Assembly (NCBI RefSeq): GCF_963853765.1 | Contig: NC_088854.1 | Coordinates: 40,858,001-40,922,000, forward strand | Length of the DNA stretch: 64,000 nt | Source: Magallana gigas | Taxonomy: Eukaryota | Direction: 5' to 3' | Translations under genes and position numbers: made by a program | Part shown: piece after piece, positions 39,701 through 53,165 of the stretch | Position numbering within the stretch: position 1 is the first letter of the stretch | How the letters are laid out: the number at the start of each line of letters is the position of its first letter | Notes under the pieces: generated by a model | Seen by the model: only the letters and a program-made list of their open reading frames with translations | Database searches by the model: none | Told to the model about the DNA's origin: nothing

Positions 39701-42700
39701 AGGTGAGGAGTACCACAAAATCCACAAAAGTTGAACATAATGATTCAACAGAATATGACCTACTATGGCAAGAGATGGATGGGGGGTTTAGTTTTGACCA
39801 GCCCCTCTCTCTTTAGGGAACCAAACAGCTCTCCCCCAGCTAGCTGCCACAAATAATACACCTCCTCCATTGTCCTGAGAGAAAGGTGGTCCTCATTATA
39901 GTCTGGAAGACAAAAACTTTGTTCAGCCTGCAACTTATATCTTAGAAGAACGAAAGAATTTCATGTACCTTGTCAACGAACACAAATTTTTTATCAATCA
40001 CATAATTTTTCAATTAGACAATGTTATCCATGTTTTCGGTAATTAGACCTTTTAAAAAAATTATGGGGAAATTTTGTACACTAGTCTTTATGTGAATACC
40101 TTTATTATAGCCATTTTGTCCAAGCACAGGAAGTTCTAGGTCTAAGCTGCGTAGATCTGAGGAGAATAGGCGGAGACCATTTTTTGTCTTTGACTATAAA
40201 AGCATAATACACATACATGTTTAAACATGTAGAACTTTCTACTGATAATTTTACCATAGAATATTGTAACAAAATGCACCTGCATGAAATTGGGATAAGA
40301 TGTATATATGTACTGGTATGTAAATAATTACCTTACATAAAGAAAGCTTATTTCATGCTTATATAATATTATATAAACTCACATTTTTCTGGCGTAAATC
40401 TCTGAACAAGGAGTGATCCATCAGCTCAGTTGGATTGGCTCTGAATGGACATTGTTTGAAATATTAGAATATTATAAATATTATCAAGGAATCACTCTTC
40501 AAACAAAGGAGAATCTGTACACATTACAGAGCACTTACATTACTATTTTTATCAGAAATATAACATTTCCATGTACTCTTTGATATAATGTTATATGAAT
40601 AAAATTATTAAAAATACAGTATGAGAAATACATGTACCTAGTACTGGGTATACCTGTACATGTATTCTTCAAAATTCCATAAAAATATCACACACATGTA
40701 CATGTATGCCCTCACAAATCTTAAAGTTAGGGTATTATAAATTCAAACAAACAAAAAAATAAAATGTTAGAGAGCTTTTTAAAAATAGTGCATTGAAAAA
40801 ATAAATAATGAGGGCAATTCATTTTTACATGAGTATTTACCTGTCCATTGGCGAGGCAGATAAGCATTTTCTAAGAAAGTCCATAAAATCTCGACTAAGG
40901 GTCTACAATATAGGGAAAACGATTAGAAAAAAAAAACGTCACATGACATTAAAGGAAAAAATTGGAAACACACTGGCGCATTTGACATATCAAGGGAATT
41001 AAACTGAAATGTGGCATTAAAATTACATGCACATTTTATTAATAAAGTACCGAATAATGAACTCACTTTGACCTGGGACTCAATGTCAAGGTCTTTACTA
41101 ATTGCATCCAGTGGATGTATATCTAGAAAGAGATTCTATGCTAATTTCAGAAATTAACAATAAAATTTTCTATGTGTCCAATGGTAAAATCTAAGAGTAT
41201 CCCATTTTTCTAAATACCTGTACTTTTACATACCTGAGTTGACAAAGCTCAAAATTTTGAAAAATGTTTGTGGCATTGTTAGATCACCCCAAAATTCTTC
41301 TCCCTGCAAATATCATTTAATCACATGTACCAGTAGCCTAACCAATAGCTTTCACAGAATATATTGTCTAGGATACTCAACTACAATAGAAGAACATGTA
41401 CATGTATTGTTGTATGTAAATATAGATAAGATATAAAAACTTACAGTGAGAACTTCGAGCAAAATCAGCCCCAGAGACCAGACGTCAGACTTTGGTCTTG
41501 TGGGGGTTAGGACTGAGGGTTCTGACTCGGAGTGTTCGTCATACTGGACAGGGTACTCACACAGAACCTCAGGGGACAGGTACTGAGGGTGTCTGTAAAA
41601 GGCAACAGAATAAAGACAACTTGGTTTGTGAAAGGAAAGCTTAATGTACATATAACTTCTTCAGCCATTTTTTGTGTTTTTCCAACAACAAAATTATATA
41701 ACAAATGGTCACTGACCCTACAGGAAATGCCACATTTGCCCCATATTCTGTCATGTAATACAGGCCATACTCGGAGAGTTTTACTTTCCCCTGCAAAATT
41801 AAAAGAGATGCTTGTTACAAATAATTTGTAAATACATGGACAGAATGTCAGTACATATAATAATCAAATTACATTCTGTTACAAAATTACATCTAGATCT
41901 ATCACATACAGGTTCATGTACAAATACCTTTTTATTAAACAGAATATTTTCTTGAAACAAATTTCTGTGAGTGATTCCTCTCTTATTCAGATAAGCAAGT
42001 CCTTTGACTATCTCATAAGCCAAGGTCACCAAATTCTCCTCACTGAAATATTTCATGTAAAAAGGTAACAAATATATCCATAAGGAAGTACATTAATTGT
42101 TATACAATGTACTGCAGAAAAAAGATAAAAACAATTTGGCTTTGTGCAAGCATGTACAATTTATCTATAAATGTAACATACACTGAATATTTTCCTGACT
42201 TTGCTACTTTTTTTAAAGTTTGTTGATAATGCTCTGTGACAACCAATAAACGTTCTGAAAATAAAAATAAAAATATAAGAAGAACAGTTATACAACTGTG
42301 GTTCATTTAGGAATTTTCTTACTTTAGGATACCTACTCTGTATCAAGTTCATAAGTGCACTTTAATTTAACATACCATATATACTCTGTCCCGAGTTTTT
42401 GCTTCCACCACTTTTTGCTTGATATTTCAATAATAGTAAATACCTTTGTGCTCAAACTATGTTCATCCACTAATATGAAAAATGTCCAGATTATCTATTT
42501 TGAAACGCCCCTTCTACCGCTTCAGGTTGCAATACCCATCCAAAAATTGAAAGTCTACAGAGATTTTTCATTGCATCAGCCATTGATAAGCCCGGATGAT
42601 AATGTTAAAAATTTGCACGATGTATTCCGAGTGTATTCTGAATGGAGAAAAGATGTAAACATTTCCCATTACAAATCTCCGTAAGAAAATTGTTTTCGTT

Positions 42701-43275
42701 CCTGGGAAATTTTATGAGTGAAAAGGGATAATTGTTCAATGAAGATATCTTGGATATATTCCCTTTCATCGATTTCAATTGTATTTCTTTCACAGGTATG
42801 TGTATTTTTATTAATTAAAAAATCATCAAAAATTGATGGAAGCAATAACTTGGGACAGACTTTAGTCATGAACTTGCAACTTTACCTGTACTTTAAAATT
42901 TGAATTACTACTGTATATCCTATAGCATGTATAGATGTAAATATAATCAACTACTTTCAATTCATGAGATAATATTTTCTTTAGACTCGCCAAGTGTATA
43001 ATATACTGATATACCATTATACATACTCTGTTCTTATTATACATTTGATACCATTATAAATTGAGAGAAAACAGTGACTCACCATGTTTGCCTCTCTGAA
43101 TGTCTATATATTTACAGAGATTTTCATGACTGATAGTTTTAAGATGCTCAAATCTTCCAAGAATCTTGATTGAGTTTGGAGTTAGCGGGAGTCCATTTGC
43201 CCCACACTTGTCATTCGGGTGACTCCGGGCAAAGAATGTGGTTAAACCAAAGTCTGCCTCTCCAAGCTCACTCAT
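32411..43275 (-). CDS. TBCK: TBC domain-containing protein kinase-like protein (pseudokinase + TBC + rhodanese), 25 coding exons, about 901 aa
   Basis: Exons: 43275-43083, 42254-42182, 42042-41928, 41790-41717, 41592-41445, 41303-41234, 41122-41067, 40902-40841, 40440-40383, 40193-40100, 39902-39764, 39215-39116, 38963-38914, 38597-38492, 38062-37928, 37714-37652, 36667-36490, 36364-36281, 36122-36037, 35896-35860, 35669-35508, 35286-35114, 33632-33457, 33087-32928, 32524-32411. Motifs: [75 protein letters not shown]. Confidence 0.96.
34116..34229. mobile_element. Fold-back MITE in TBCK intron
   Basis: GTCTCGTTCAACCAGACGCTCGGCTGTCTCCGT pairs with ACGGAGACAGCCAAGCGTCTGGTTGAACGAGAC (1 mismatch). 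TTGAACTC occurs on both flanks. Confidence 0.8.
34510..34673. mobile_element. Tc1/mariner-type MITE (TA|CAGT...ACTG|TA)
   Basis: TA flanks and CAGT/ACTG termini with short TIRs. Confidence 0.6.
36238..36277. repeat. (CT)n microsatellite abutting a TBCK donor site (GTAAGAGAGAG...)
   Basis: Direct read. Confidence 0.9.
36687..36747. repeat. (AT)n microsatellite, about 30 units
   Basis: Direct read. It begins 20 nt from the TBCK acceptor at 36667. Confidence 0.95.
36781..36900. repeat. Perfect 46-bp inverted repeat, 28-nt spacer (fold-back element)
   Basis: 36781-36826 is the exact reverse complement of 36855-36900. The pairing extends degenerately outward for about 30 bp. Confidence 0.9.
37242..37610. 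mobile_element. Non-autonomous element with a long internal hairpin (37464-37604)
   Basis: About 64-bp arms (TAAATAGTGCCTGTTTGGG...GTCAACC / GGTTGAC...CCCAAACAGGCACTATTTA) around the loop TCCGCTTCGCGTC. CpG-rich relative to the host intron. Boundaries approximate. Confidence 0.6.
38176..38352. mobile_element. Tc1/mariner-type MITE
   Basis: TA|CAGTAAATACGG ... CCATGCTTTACTG|TA. Internally similar to the copy at 39367. Confidence 0.7.
39367..39546. mobile_element. Tc1/mariner-type MITE, same family as 38176
   Basis: CAGTAAAACACGGTTATA ... TATAACCGTGTTATACTG|TA. Shares ATATGTTGTAAACTTGATGGATATA with the 38176 copy. Confidence 0.75.
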
Positions 43276-43828
43276 CTCTCCAAATAAACAGATTGAATAA
43301 TTAGCATCTTAAATTTAAGTATTAAATACATGAAGATGCACATATGCAATGGAATAAATTGGATAGCGAGTTAAAAGACACATTCAATATTTTAAGGCTA
43401 AGTCACAATAACAAAATTATTAATATGCAAAACACAGATAGGCATATTTGACTTCATTCAATCTATGGAAACACATGGTACACCATGTACACTGCATGTA
43501 TTCAGGATAAATATAAGATTTTCAATAATTTTAAAGAATGAAAATGAAAGGATCTCTGCTGGTAACAAACATGACAAAATTAAATATTCTGTATTTATAA
43601 ATGGTAAATACATTTAAATGTAAACAAGATAAAATTGTCTAGGCATTGGGTCATTCCTATCAAAAATTATAACTTTGTTTCCTACTGAATAAAGCTGCAT
43701 TCAAGGGAGACAATTATAATTACCATTCAATGAGGTTAATTACAGGATGTATTTTAATCGTTGTTTAAACAAAAGATTAAGAAAAAAACTAGGTTATTCC
43801 TCTTTAATAAAAATGATTAAATAAATAC

Positions 43829-44153
43829 CTTAGTAGTTGATATCTAGGTCTAGATGTCAATAGAGAACATGATCATTTAATCAAATCCTCTCTTCACACA
43901 ATTCTGTCAGCCGTCATTCTCCTACTTTCACTTACAACCGAAGGGGGCGTGGCCTTGAACTTTCTGTAAGCGCGGTTTCGAAAAAACAGCTTCTTCTCTT
44001 CTTCTTGAATTCCATTACACTTAAAATTTGAAACAAAATTATTTCTGTGTTATAATAAAGTCTTTTAATTCTGTTTATTGAATCAGGTACTTTAATTGAC
44101 TAAATCAATATTTTACGAAAACTCGGATAAGAAATTGGAGTAAACAAACCATC
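43829..44153. promoter_or_regulatory. Putative bidirectional promoter TBCK/CHM
   Basis: A minus-strand donor at 43828 implies a TBCK 5'UTR exon ending at 43829. GC-box GGGGGCGTGGCC at 43943-43954. CHM ATG at 44154. Confidence 0.6.
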
Positions 44154-47100
44154 ATGGCAGAGGATTTGCCAGACGAATTTGATGTCGTGGTTATTGGGAC
44201 AGGTAAACTTAAATACGTCCAAGCTTCCCCTCTCTTCTGTTATTTATAATATGAATGACTCACGATATTTTTTAATTGATTGATCTGTTGATAAACCTTG
44301 TAATCATTTCAATTTCAATTATTCAATGAGAGTGTCAGCTAGATCATGAGAACTGAACATTATCTGATGATCATAGCATCCCATTGTCTGATCAGTGAAA
44401 TAATTAACATTTGCAACCTTTTTCATAAGAACAAACTCTCAAAAATTAAATTTTTCTTTAGCATCTAGGCCAAAATGTTTCAAATAGATGGGACAAATCT
44501 TCTAAACGGATTATTTTATTTTTAAATTCTCTCAAAATACCAGTTGACTTTTTAAAATAAAAAAAAAAAAAGCTTTAATAATGTACCTGAAATGTTACAA
44601 AAACTATTCTTACTTCCACAGGAATGCCAGAGAGCATTCTGGCAGCGGCTTTTGCTCGCATTGGCCAGAGCGTCCTACACATTGACAGGTATAGATAGAT
44701 CATTGATCACAAGTAAATTGGTGCATATCTTTTCAATGAAAATTAAAAACTGGTGCAATATGCTCAGAGTTTGATTATGAGACACATTTTTCTCTCCAGA
44801 AATGGCTACTACAGTGGACAATGGGCATCATTCAGTTTAAAAGCAATTGAAGAGTGGGTTAAGGTAAGAGTACATGTATTTCCTTGTCACAAATAATGAT
44901 ATGAGTGCCATAGTTAATGACCTTTGCCTGATATAATTTTTCATCTTGACTCTTGTTGATAAATTCAAAAGTTACCTTTGATAATAACTGTCTCCAAGGC
45001 CTCGGCTCTTAATGTTTCTATTTTTGTACATTTGGGATTGGCAGGTAGGTATATATGTATGCATGTGTTATTACATAGTATGAAACCAACAAATCATAAT
45101 ATTTTTTAAAAATTTTTGTAGGAGTCGCAAGCGCCAGAAGAAGTATACACATCTGAGGTTAAAACTGATGGCGAACAGGTTATGCTGCATCTGAAAGACA
45201 ACAGTTACCAAAAACATAAACTGCAGTTCCATATAAGGTATTGGGGTATTCTTTTTTCTTTAAAAGATGCGTCATTTGATTTTTAGAACATCATCACAAT
45301 ATCAGGGCTTATATTGTTAAACATATTAATGGCATAACAAGAGTGGTTGTTAAAAAGGATGGTAATGTCATCTGATTGGAATATGGCAATAATATATGCT
45401 TACTGGTAATAGGAATTCTTTTTCAAAACTGTTGAAAGATATGCATGTATTTAGCTGCTTTTTTTTTATATTGATATTTTAAAATTTATTTTATAGTGAC
45501 CCAGAACCAGAGTTAGAAGAAAAGATAGAAGCAGTGAACAACATTGCTGATGGATCCCAGGAAAACGATTCAAACAAAATTACAAAAAGTGGCTTAGATC
45601 AAGACCCTGGAGACAATGTTGAAAAGGAGAAAGAGAAATCGGAACCAGAATCTACGGATCTCAATCAAGCACAAACTAGTCCTGAAAATTTGAAAGAAGT
45701 TACTGAGGCAAATGAGAGCAATGAAAATAATGTGGAGTCTGGAATGCAGAACTCTTTAGAAGATAAGCCTCCAGAACCAAGTCCTAATGTTGACAATGGA
45801 GCATCTGATGTGAAGGATACAAAATTTACTACCGAAAAACCATCCTCACCATTATGGACAGAATCTAAATTAAGAAAGGAGTGGAGAAAGTTCAATCTGG
45901 ACTTGTCACCAAAGGTACAAAAATTGAATGAGACCATTTTCAATATTACATACAATACATCCAATGTTTTAATACTGTAACCAGTAAGTTTATAGTAAAT
46001 TGTGAAGAAGAGAATCTGACTTAGAGCAATATGTGTATATTTGGATGTTTCAGCTCTTGTATTGTGGTGGCAGCATGGTGGAGCTACTCATCACTTCAGA
46101 TATTGCCAAGTACTGTGAATTCAAAACTGTCTCAAGAATGCTGACACTGATGGATGGAAAGCTAAAAAAGGTAAAGAAAAAAAGTAATAATCTATGGATA
46201 TAATCATATATGAACATAAATGTAAACACATGTGTACAAAGTTATTTCTCTTCCATAAAATGAGTGTTTTTTTTGTTTTCAATTCTAGTAAATAAAAAAT
46301 AAAAAAAAATGGTTAACCCTTTTTTGTGTGGATTGATTCTCATTATTCATATGGTACATATGCATGGATAGGTGCCCTGCTCCAGAGCCGATGTTTTCAG
46401 CAGCAAGGATGTTTCAATGATCGAGAAACGAATGATGATGAAATTCCTGACTTTTTGTGTGGACTTTGAAAAGCATGAAGAAGATTACAAAGGTAATACA
46501 TGTACAAATGTACTTGTATTGAACAGAAGTAGTGTTCATGTATAGTGCATCTTCATTTATCAGTGGGTAATCAAGTGTTTTCAGGTGTTGTAAATTTCTA
46601 ATTAAACGCGAGGAATTAATATCTGCTTATAATCACGAGAGGCATATCTTGCAGATTTTAAAATCTCTCTTTTTTTTCTAAAAGATGTAAATGAAATGAA
46701 ACAATGGTAAAAAATTGGTGATCGCAATTTATATTCTTTCGATTTGATGCAAAGTGGTTGAATCGCAGAATTAAGTACTTGCAATAAATAAGGAATCTAC
46801 AGTATTGAATACATTTGTACTTTGTCATGAATCTTGTAGAATTTATGGAGAAGCCTTATAAGGAGTACTTGGAACATCAGAAACTGTCCAAAAATGTCAT
46901 CCATTTTATTCAGCATGCAATTTCAATGACAAGTGACTCAACACCTACGCCTGAGGTAAATTTGATATTCAAAAACATGAAAAATACCAGTCATGTATCC
47001 TATTTTAAAGAAATTATTAAAGAGAGCATTATTATTGTAGGAAATTGCTGAATAAGTTATCATTGATATTGGAAGAAAACTGTTTTGAAATCATTTAAAA

Positions 47101-50100
47101 TTCTTTACATGTATTATTAATACATGTACCTGTATACATGCATGTAATGCCTTTTGTCACATGATGTCTTGATATGAATGTTGTATCATAACTTTTCAAG
47201 GGATTAAAAAAGACACAGAAGTTTTTACATTCTCTTGGTCGCTATGGAAACACTGCTTTTCTGTGGCCATTATATGGGAGTGGTGAAATGCCCCAGAGTT
47301 TCTGCAGGTAAGATATTTATTGTCATCAATAAAAGATACACAAGTACATGGATATGTATGCAAGATCCACATAAATTTCTCCACATAAGGTTCCAAATAG
47401 TGTGTATCATCTGTGTCTCTTCATGTAAATGTACTACTGCATGTATGTAAACTATGACATTAATCTATCGCAGAATGCATCCTGTGTACCTTTAAACAAT
47501 AAATGCTTTCTTTGGTGATTCATTTGGGACATGAAGGTAGCAACATTGCAGAAAAAATACTTAACCCGCATTAGCAGGTTATGCAAATTTTTTCTGCAAT
47601 GATCGCTACCATCATAACCTGCATGAATCATCAAAGAAAACATTTTATTGTTTATATTAACATCTTTCTATTAACTAAATAATAGATTGATTATGAAAAG
47701 TTAGTAAAATTCACTAAATTACTGTTAATGTACATAAGTATGTTAGCTAAAAGAAACAGACAGATCGTCTCCTGTGAGACTTTGAGTCTGATATCATCAT
47801 GATTATATCATGCAGTCCGTAATATTTCCTAGGTCGCTATAAGTTTAGATCAATCGATAATTATGGCGTGTCAATTTCAGACCTGTCAATTTCTTCTCAG
47901 TTTCAGCCACTGTAGATTTCGACCAATCGATAAATGGGGCGTGTAGGTTCTGATAGATGTAAATATTTATGTATGGTTGGGTGTACTGTCTGAGGATGTG
48001 ACTGTATACTAAGATATCTATTATACTACATGTATTACAGAATCTGTGCTGTGTTTGGTGAGATGTATTGTCTGAGGGTATATACAGTACCGGTACATGT
48101 TATTGTATTCTGTGACAATAATCTCTCTATTACAGAATGTGTGCTGTATTTGGTGGGGTGTATTGTCCGAGGATATTTACATGTATTCTATTACAATAAT
48201 CTCTCTATTACAGAATGTGTGCTGTGTTTGGTGGGGTGTATTGTCTAAGAACTCCAGCAGCTTCACTGGTTGTCAACAGTGACAATGTGTAAGTTCTTCA
48301 AACTCCCACTCATTGTCCATCTTAACAAGGCAAAGCTATACTCAAGCAAAATGAATAACAATAAATATTAAGTGTTGGGCAAATTCATGAATTAAACAAA
48401 ATTTAAAGTTTTCCATTCTTAGCCCATATCTTGTACATGTATTCAGATTCTGTAATCGGTTTTAGGTACATGTACATGTATATGTGCATGTTAATATTGC
48501 TAGTAACAGATTCTTGAAATGTTCACTGTTATAACTTTAATGTTTTCAGATGTACTGGTGTAGTAATGAAGACTGGAAAGCAAATCAAATGCAAGTAAGT
48601 AGAGTACATGTTTGATGATTTGTTATATTAAGTGATAGTTTATCCAGATAAGTAGGTTTAGTTTAAGAAGATGCTATACATGAATTGCCTTAAATATCGT
48701 TTTATAGTACGTTTGAAATATTGCTTATTCTTTATTTTTAGGCGTTTAGTGATGGAAAACTCCTATGCTCCTGATTCCTATATTGACAGTGTTTCTAACA
48801 GGTATTTTATGTATTCATGTATATTTGTGTATGTAAACTGTGTTTACATGTATTTACCATTAGATACATGTAATAGCATTTATGAGTAAAGCAGGAAAGT
48901 TAGGTCTTTGCAATTAGAGTGATGTTATTGCAGTGGAATTAAATGAGATGTTGATCTCCTTGTGTTGCAAGTATGTGAGTGGATCTAACATCTAATTTTA
49001 GTTGATAGATTGTCATTCTTATCAGTTTGATTAAATGAAACTGATGTCATATTTTTTTTAGATTAGTCAATCGTGGTATCCTGGTGACGGACAGATCTAT
49101 TATGGCCGCAGACGATCCTCATCAGGTGGTCTAATATACTTATCTTCACATCAATTTTGTAGGAAAAAACCCAAGATTTAAATTTGAAATATATACCGAT
49201 ATATATCACTAAAAAATCGAAAATCTATACTGTTTGTAAATGAAACTTATCAATACATTGTTGAAAGCAAGAAATCATGATAAACTTCGCATGAGACAAG
49301 CTTTCGAGTCATAATGTTTGGTATCTTCTTTGTAGTTATCCCTGCTGAGAATCCCAGACAACAGCGATGAGGAACACCCCACCACCCTCCTGGAGTTACC
49401 TGCCGCTTCTATGATGTGTCCAACAGGCTTATGTAAGCACCTGGTCTCATACACTAGTATATACATGTAGATGTACATGTATTACAATGTAACTACATTA
49501 ATTTGTAAATGTATCTATAGACTTTTGATTTCAAAATAATTTTTATTTAATTAAAGCCACACCTTTTTTTCACTGCTGCATGAAACTAGTAGCATAATTT
49601 GAGGCAAGACTTTAGTCAGGTTAAAATAATTTTTTTGCTGATACTTGAAAGAAAATGTTCTTACAAATTCAGAGTTTTAATATTCTGAAAACCACTACAT
49701 GTACTTTTATTTTTGCAACTCTCTCTCTTTCTTTCTCTCTCTCTCTCTCTCTCTTGATTGTATTTATCATCAATAGAGAGCATTAAATGTTTGAATAATT
49801 ATATACTCATTGTAATTGTGCGTAGCATGCATCCTTACAAAAAAAAATCGATTTTTTAACAGAGGTTAACTCAAAACAATAACCAATTTACAGTGTTAAT
49901 TTTTTCATTATGAGACTGCAAATGTTCCCAACCATCTAAACATGTATTCATAATCAATGAAAAGGAGCTAGAAAAAGTTTGTCACATGTGCTAGTTATAT
50001 AATTTGACAGTTTTCAAGGTGTACATTGTAGGGCCACAAGACCAATAATTCAAATAATTATTTTTTTCAATGTGCTAAATGTGTACATAATTTCTTTTTT

Positions 50101-51214
50101 TATATCACAGATGTGGTTCACTTGACAAAAGAAGCAAACAATGAAAGCCAATCACCCGAGGAAAGTCTACAGTCAGTGGTAACGAAGCTGTTCAAGGACA
50201 GTGACACAGGTGATGAATAACAGTTTGTTGTGATGTAAATTCAATTTGATTTATACATGTCATATTTGTGGTGACTATATATAGTAATGTTTGTATCAGA
50301 GATAGAGTTGGATCCAAGATACATGTACATGTATACCATATTTACTGCAGATAGAATATCTATTATTTCAATTGTCTCTCTTTATACATGTTTAAGTTAT
50401 TGAATATTTTTCATAAAAATGTGTTCATCAATATGTAGATTTTTATCTTTTGATAAAATGTTACCATAAAAAGATGTATGGAATTTTCTTATACTTAGAT
50501 TCTACTTCTGAGGATGGGAGTCCCCAGATTGTGTGGTCATTATACTTCCAGCAGAAGATAAATGTTGGGGGACAGTCCAGCAGTGCCCCTAGTAACATGA
50601 TACTGGTACCAGGACCGGGGCCAGAGATTGACATAGACCACGCAGTCACCATTGTAAGTATATACAGAGAGAGACTGTTAATGTGCATAAATAATCAATA
50701 TTAAAAAATCATATTTGATTTTTGTGTTGAGGTGAAGGTCAGAGCTGGGAATGCATTAAAGTTAAGGTCATTAATGATTCAATGTCAAAGAATCATAAGT
50801 TGAGCTAAGTGTTTAAAGGTAAGGTTTTGTCATTAAGAATGTTCTTCTTTTCTTATAAAGGCCAGGAAAATTTTTGAGGAGGTCATGCCAGGAGAGGATT
50901 TCCTCCCAAGACCGCCAAACCCAGAGGACATTATCTATGTGGATGAAGAGGAAACTCAGGTTACCCAAGACTCAGAGAAAACTGAGTTCAGCGAAACCTG
51001 TCAGGGGTCAGGAGACAATTCCTCACAGACCACACAACCTGACAGCATTGACAATGACCATGCTGATCAAAGCTCGGAAACTAAAGCCACAGATGGCTCG
51101 GGTAAAAGTGATGTGCCATCAAATTCTTCAGACATACAGAACAGTGCTGAAGAGATCTCAGAATCAGTTGAAAAATGTGTGATAGAAGAGAAAACGGAAC
51201 CAGCAACTTCTTAA
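44154..51214 (+). CDS. CHM: Rab escort protein (Rab geranylgeranyltransferase component A), 17 coding exons, about 707 aa
   Basis: Exons: 44154-44202, 44622-44688, 44800-44863, 45122-45237, 45497-45914, 46054-46170, 46372-46492, 46840-46955, 47201-47307, 48214-48288, 48550-48594, 48742-48801, 49062-49125, 49336-49432, 50111-50209, 50499-50653, 50861-51214. Motifs: [80 protein letters not shown]. The long acidic insert marks REP rather than GDI. Confidence 0.95.
48030..48250 (+). repeat. Tandem triplication of the CHM exon-10 acceptor and first ~36 nt
   Basis: TATTACAG|AAT(C/G)TGTGCTGT(G/A)TTTGGTG...TATTGTC occurs with exon starts at 48041, 48136 and 48214. Confidence 0.85.
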
Positions 51215-53165
51215 AACTTTTTAGTGAGAAGTGTTGCACTAAATTTCTTTGTATGATGTGTATATATACCAGTTCTTGTACCTGTACTTTTATTTTGATA
51301 CACATATTTCATTACTCTTTTTAATAGTAGGTTTATAATACAGAAATATATGTATACCGGTATATGTATTAATATATACAGCTGTACACTAATATTTGTT
51401 TTCAGAAATAAGACTGGCACATTTGTGGTGTAAAAGTTATTAAAATTGGCCTTGAAATATGAATTTACATGCATGCAAGTATTAAAAGTGTATGAAGGAT
51501 TAACTTACGGTACTAATATGTACAAGGCAAAGCTAGAGAACAAGGTCATTTGTATTATATGAAGCTATACTTGAGAATCACACTAGTATGCTTGTGTATT
51601 ATTGTATGTACAAAATATTAGCATCTTTGAAATATGAATACAAGTAAGCATCTGTATATTGCATGTCTGCGTATTGTTACAGAAAACTTTTTCGGTCATA
51701 TTTGTATTGAAATTTTTTGCTGCATAGACAAAAATCACCATCTTTGAGTATAAGCAAACTGGTATATAACAACTTGTTAGTTGTTTAAATTTAGTGCATC
51801 TACATGTAGTTGTTGTCTGTGCTTGTGTTCTTATGTTTTATGTACAGTATGCATAACATTTGTACAGATACAATATGCATGACTGGCATTTATTTTCCTT
51901 CTAAAGTGCTTTCAGTGTACCTTGTTATTTATAAGATATAAAATGCAGTAAATATGTGCAATAAAAGTAATGTGATATTAATTAGCGTAAACTTGATTTG
52001 CATTTAAATAGATTTTCAGAATGTACATATATCATTCTTTAAGTGATTTGCCTGTTTTATGGATCATACATCAATAACCTACATTTATTTTTTAAAAAGC
52101 ACAGAAATAAAGTACATGTCCTGTTTTATCTGTCACAATTTTTTTATTGGACTCTGCAATTTATTACGGTATCTACCTTTTTTATTGTTGGAGCATCTAC
52201 ACTGCTTTTGTAAGGTCTTCAGTTCAATCCCTGGTCAAAACAAACATTTAGTTGGATTGTTAAAGAAGGCAGTTAACTCTCCTTTACCATATCTTCACCA
52301 AAAGAAATGAAAGTTGGAAGTTAGTTAAAATTGAAATTAAACATGTGATGATATGATGAGAACACTAGCTCTGCTTAAAGGCAGTTTTTGCTTATAGTGT
52401 ATACAGGCTCATCCCCTCTCCCACCCTCCCATTCATCCACCTCCCTCTCAATATTTGTAGCAAACTTCAAAACTTTACCAAATCAATTCAGTTAATACAC
52501 TAGACTGAAGAAACAAAATTGTCTTTCACCAACCCTCACTTATTATGTCCTTATTTGGCAAAAGCTTCATGTACATGGAGCAAATTCAATCCTGTAAAGT
52601 TTTTGTTTTTCATAATACAGTACATTTATATACTTGTACATTAGTAACATGGAATTGACTATAGCTATGTAGACCTTATAGACTATGTACCGCTAAATGT
52701 ACATGTACATGTACTAGTCTTTGGGCTCAAGATCATTATAGTCAGGCATACGCTCCAAATTTTACTGATATTATATTAGGCTTAGTAAAAGTTAGTTCCA
52801 GTAAGGGATTTAGTCAAAATATCTCATCTACAATCTTGCTGAGAGTAGGCTGACCGTTAGTTGTACTGTACAACGTACCTGGAAATGTAACAATGATTTA
52901 AGATCATGTACTATAAAAGAAATGTTGATCATATATTCAATCTTTTATTACTTTACACATATATGTAGATTAAGTATAAATAAAAAATTCTAATAGATTA
53001 TTATAATAGATTATAACAAGTAATAATTAAGATGATCAATACACCTACATTTATATCTAACAAGTTCAAATATGTTTCACAACCACAGCAGCTGCAAAAA
53101 CAATCTTTTGAATAAGAGTTCAAACTTGATACATGTACTTTGTGGAAATAACATCCGAGTTTATC

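Noticed and set aside
41928-42042. TBCK kinase lacks the catalytic HRD/DFG (HRN, SEYG), suggesting pseudogenisation
   Set aside because: TBCK is a known pseudokinase and the reading frame is intact over 25 exons.
42355-42903. Cluster of overlapping ORFs in TBCK intron 1
   Set aside because: Stops in all frames and no recognisable domain. At most a decayed repeat.
48030-48250. CRISPR-like repeat/spacer appearance
   Set aside because: Eukaryotic context. The repeats are duplicated exon/acceptor sequence and the spacers resemble each other.
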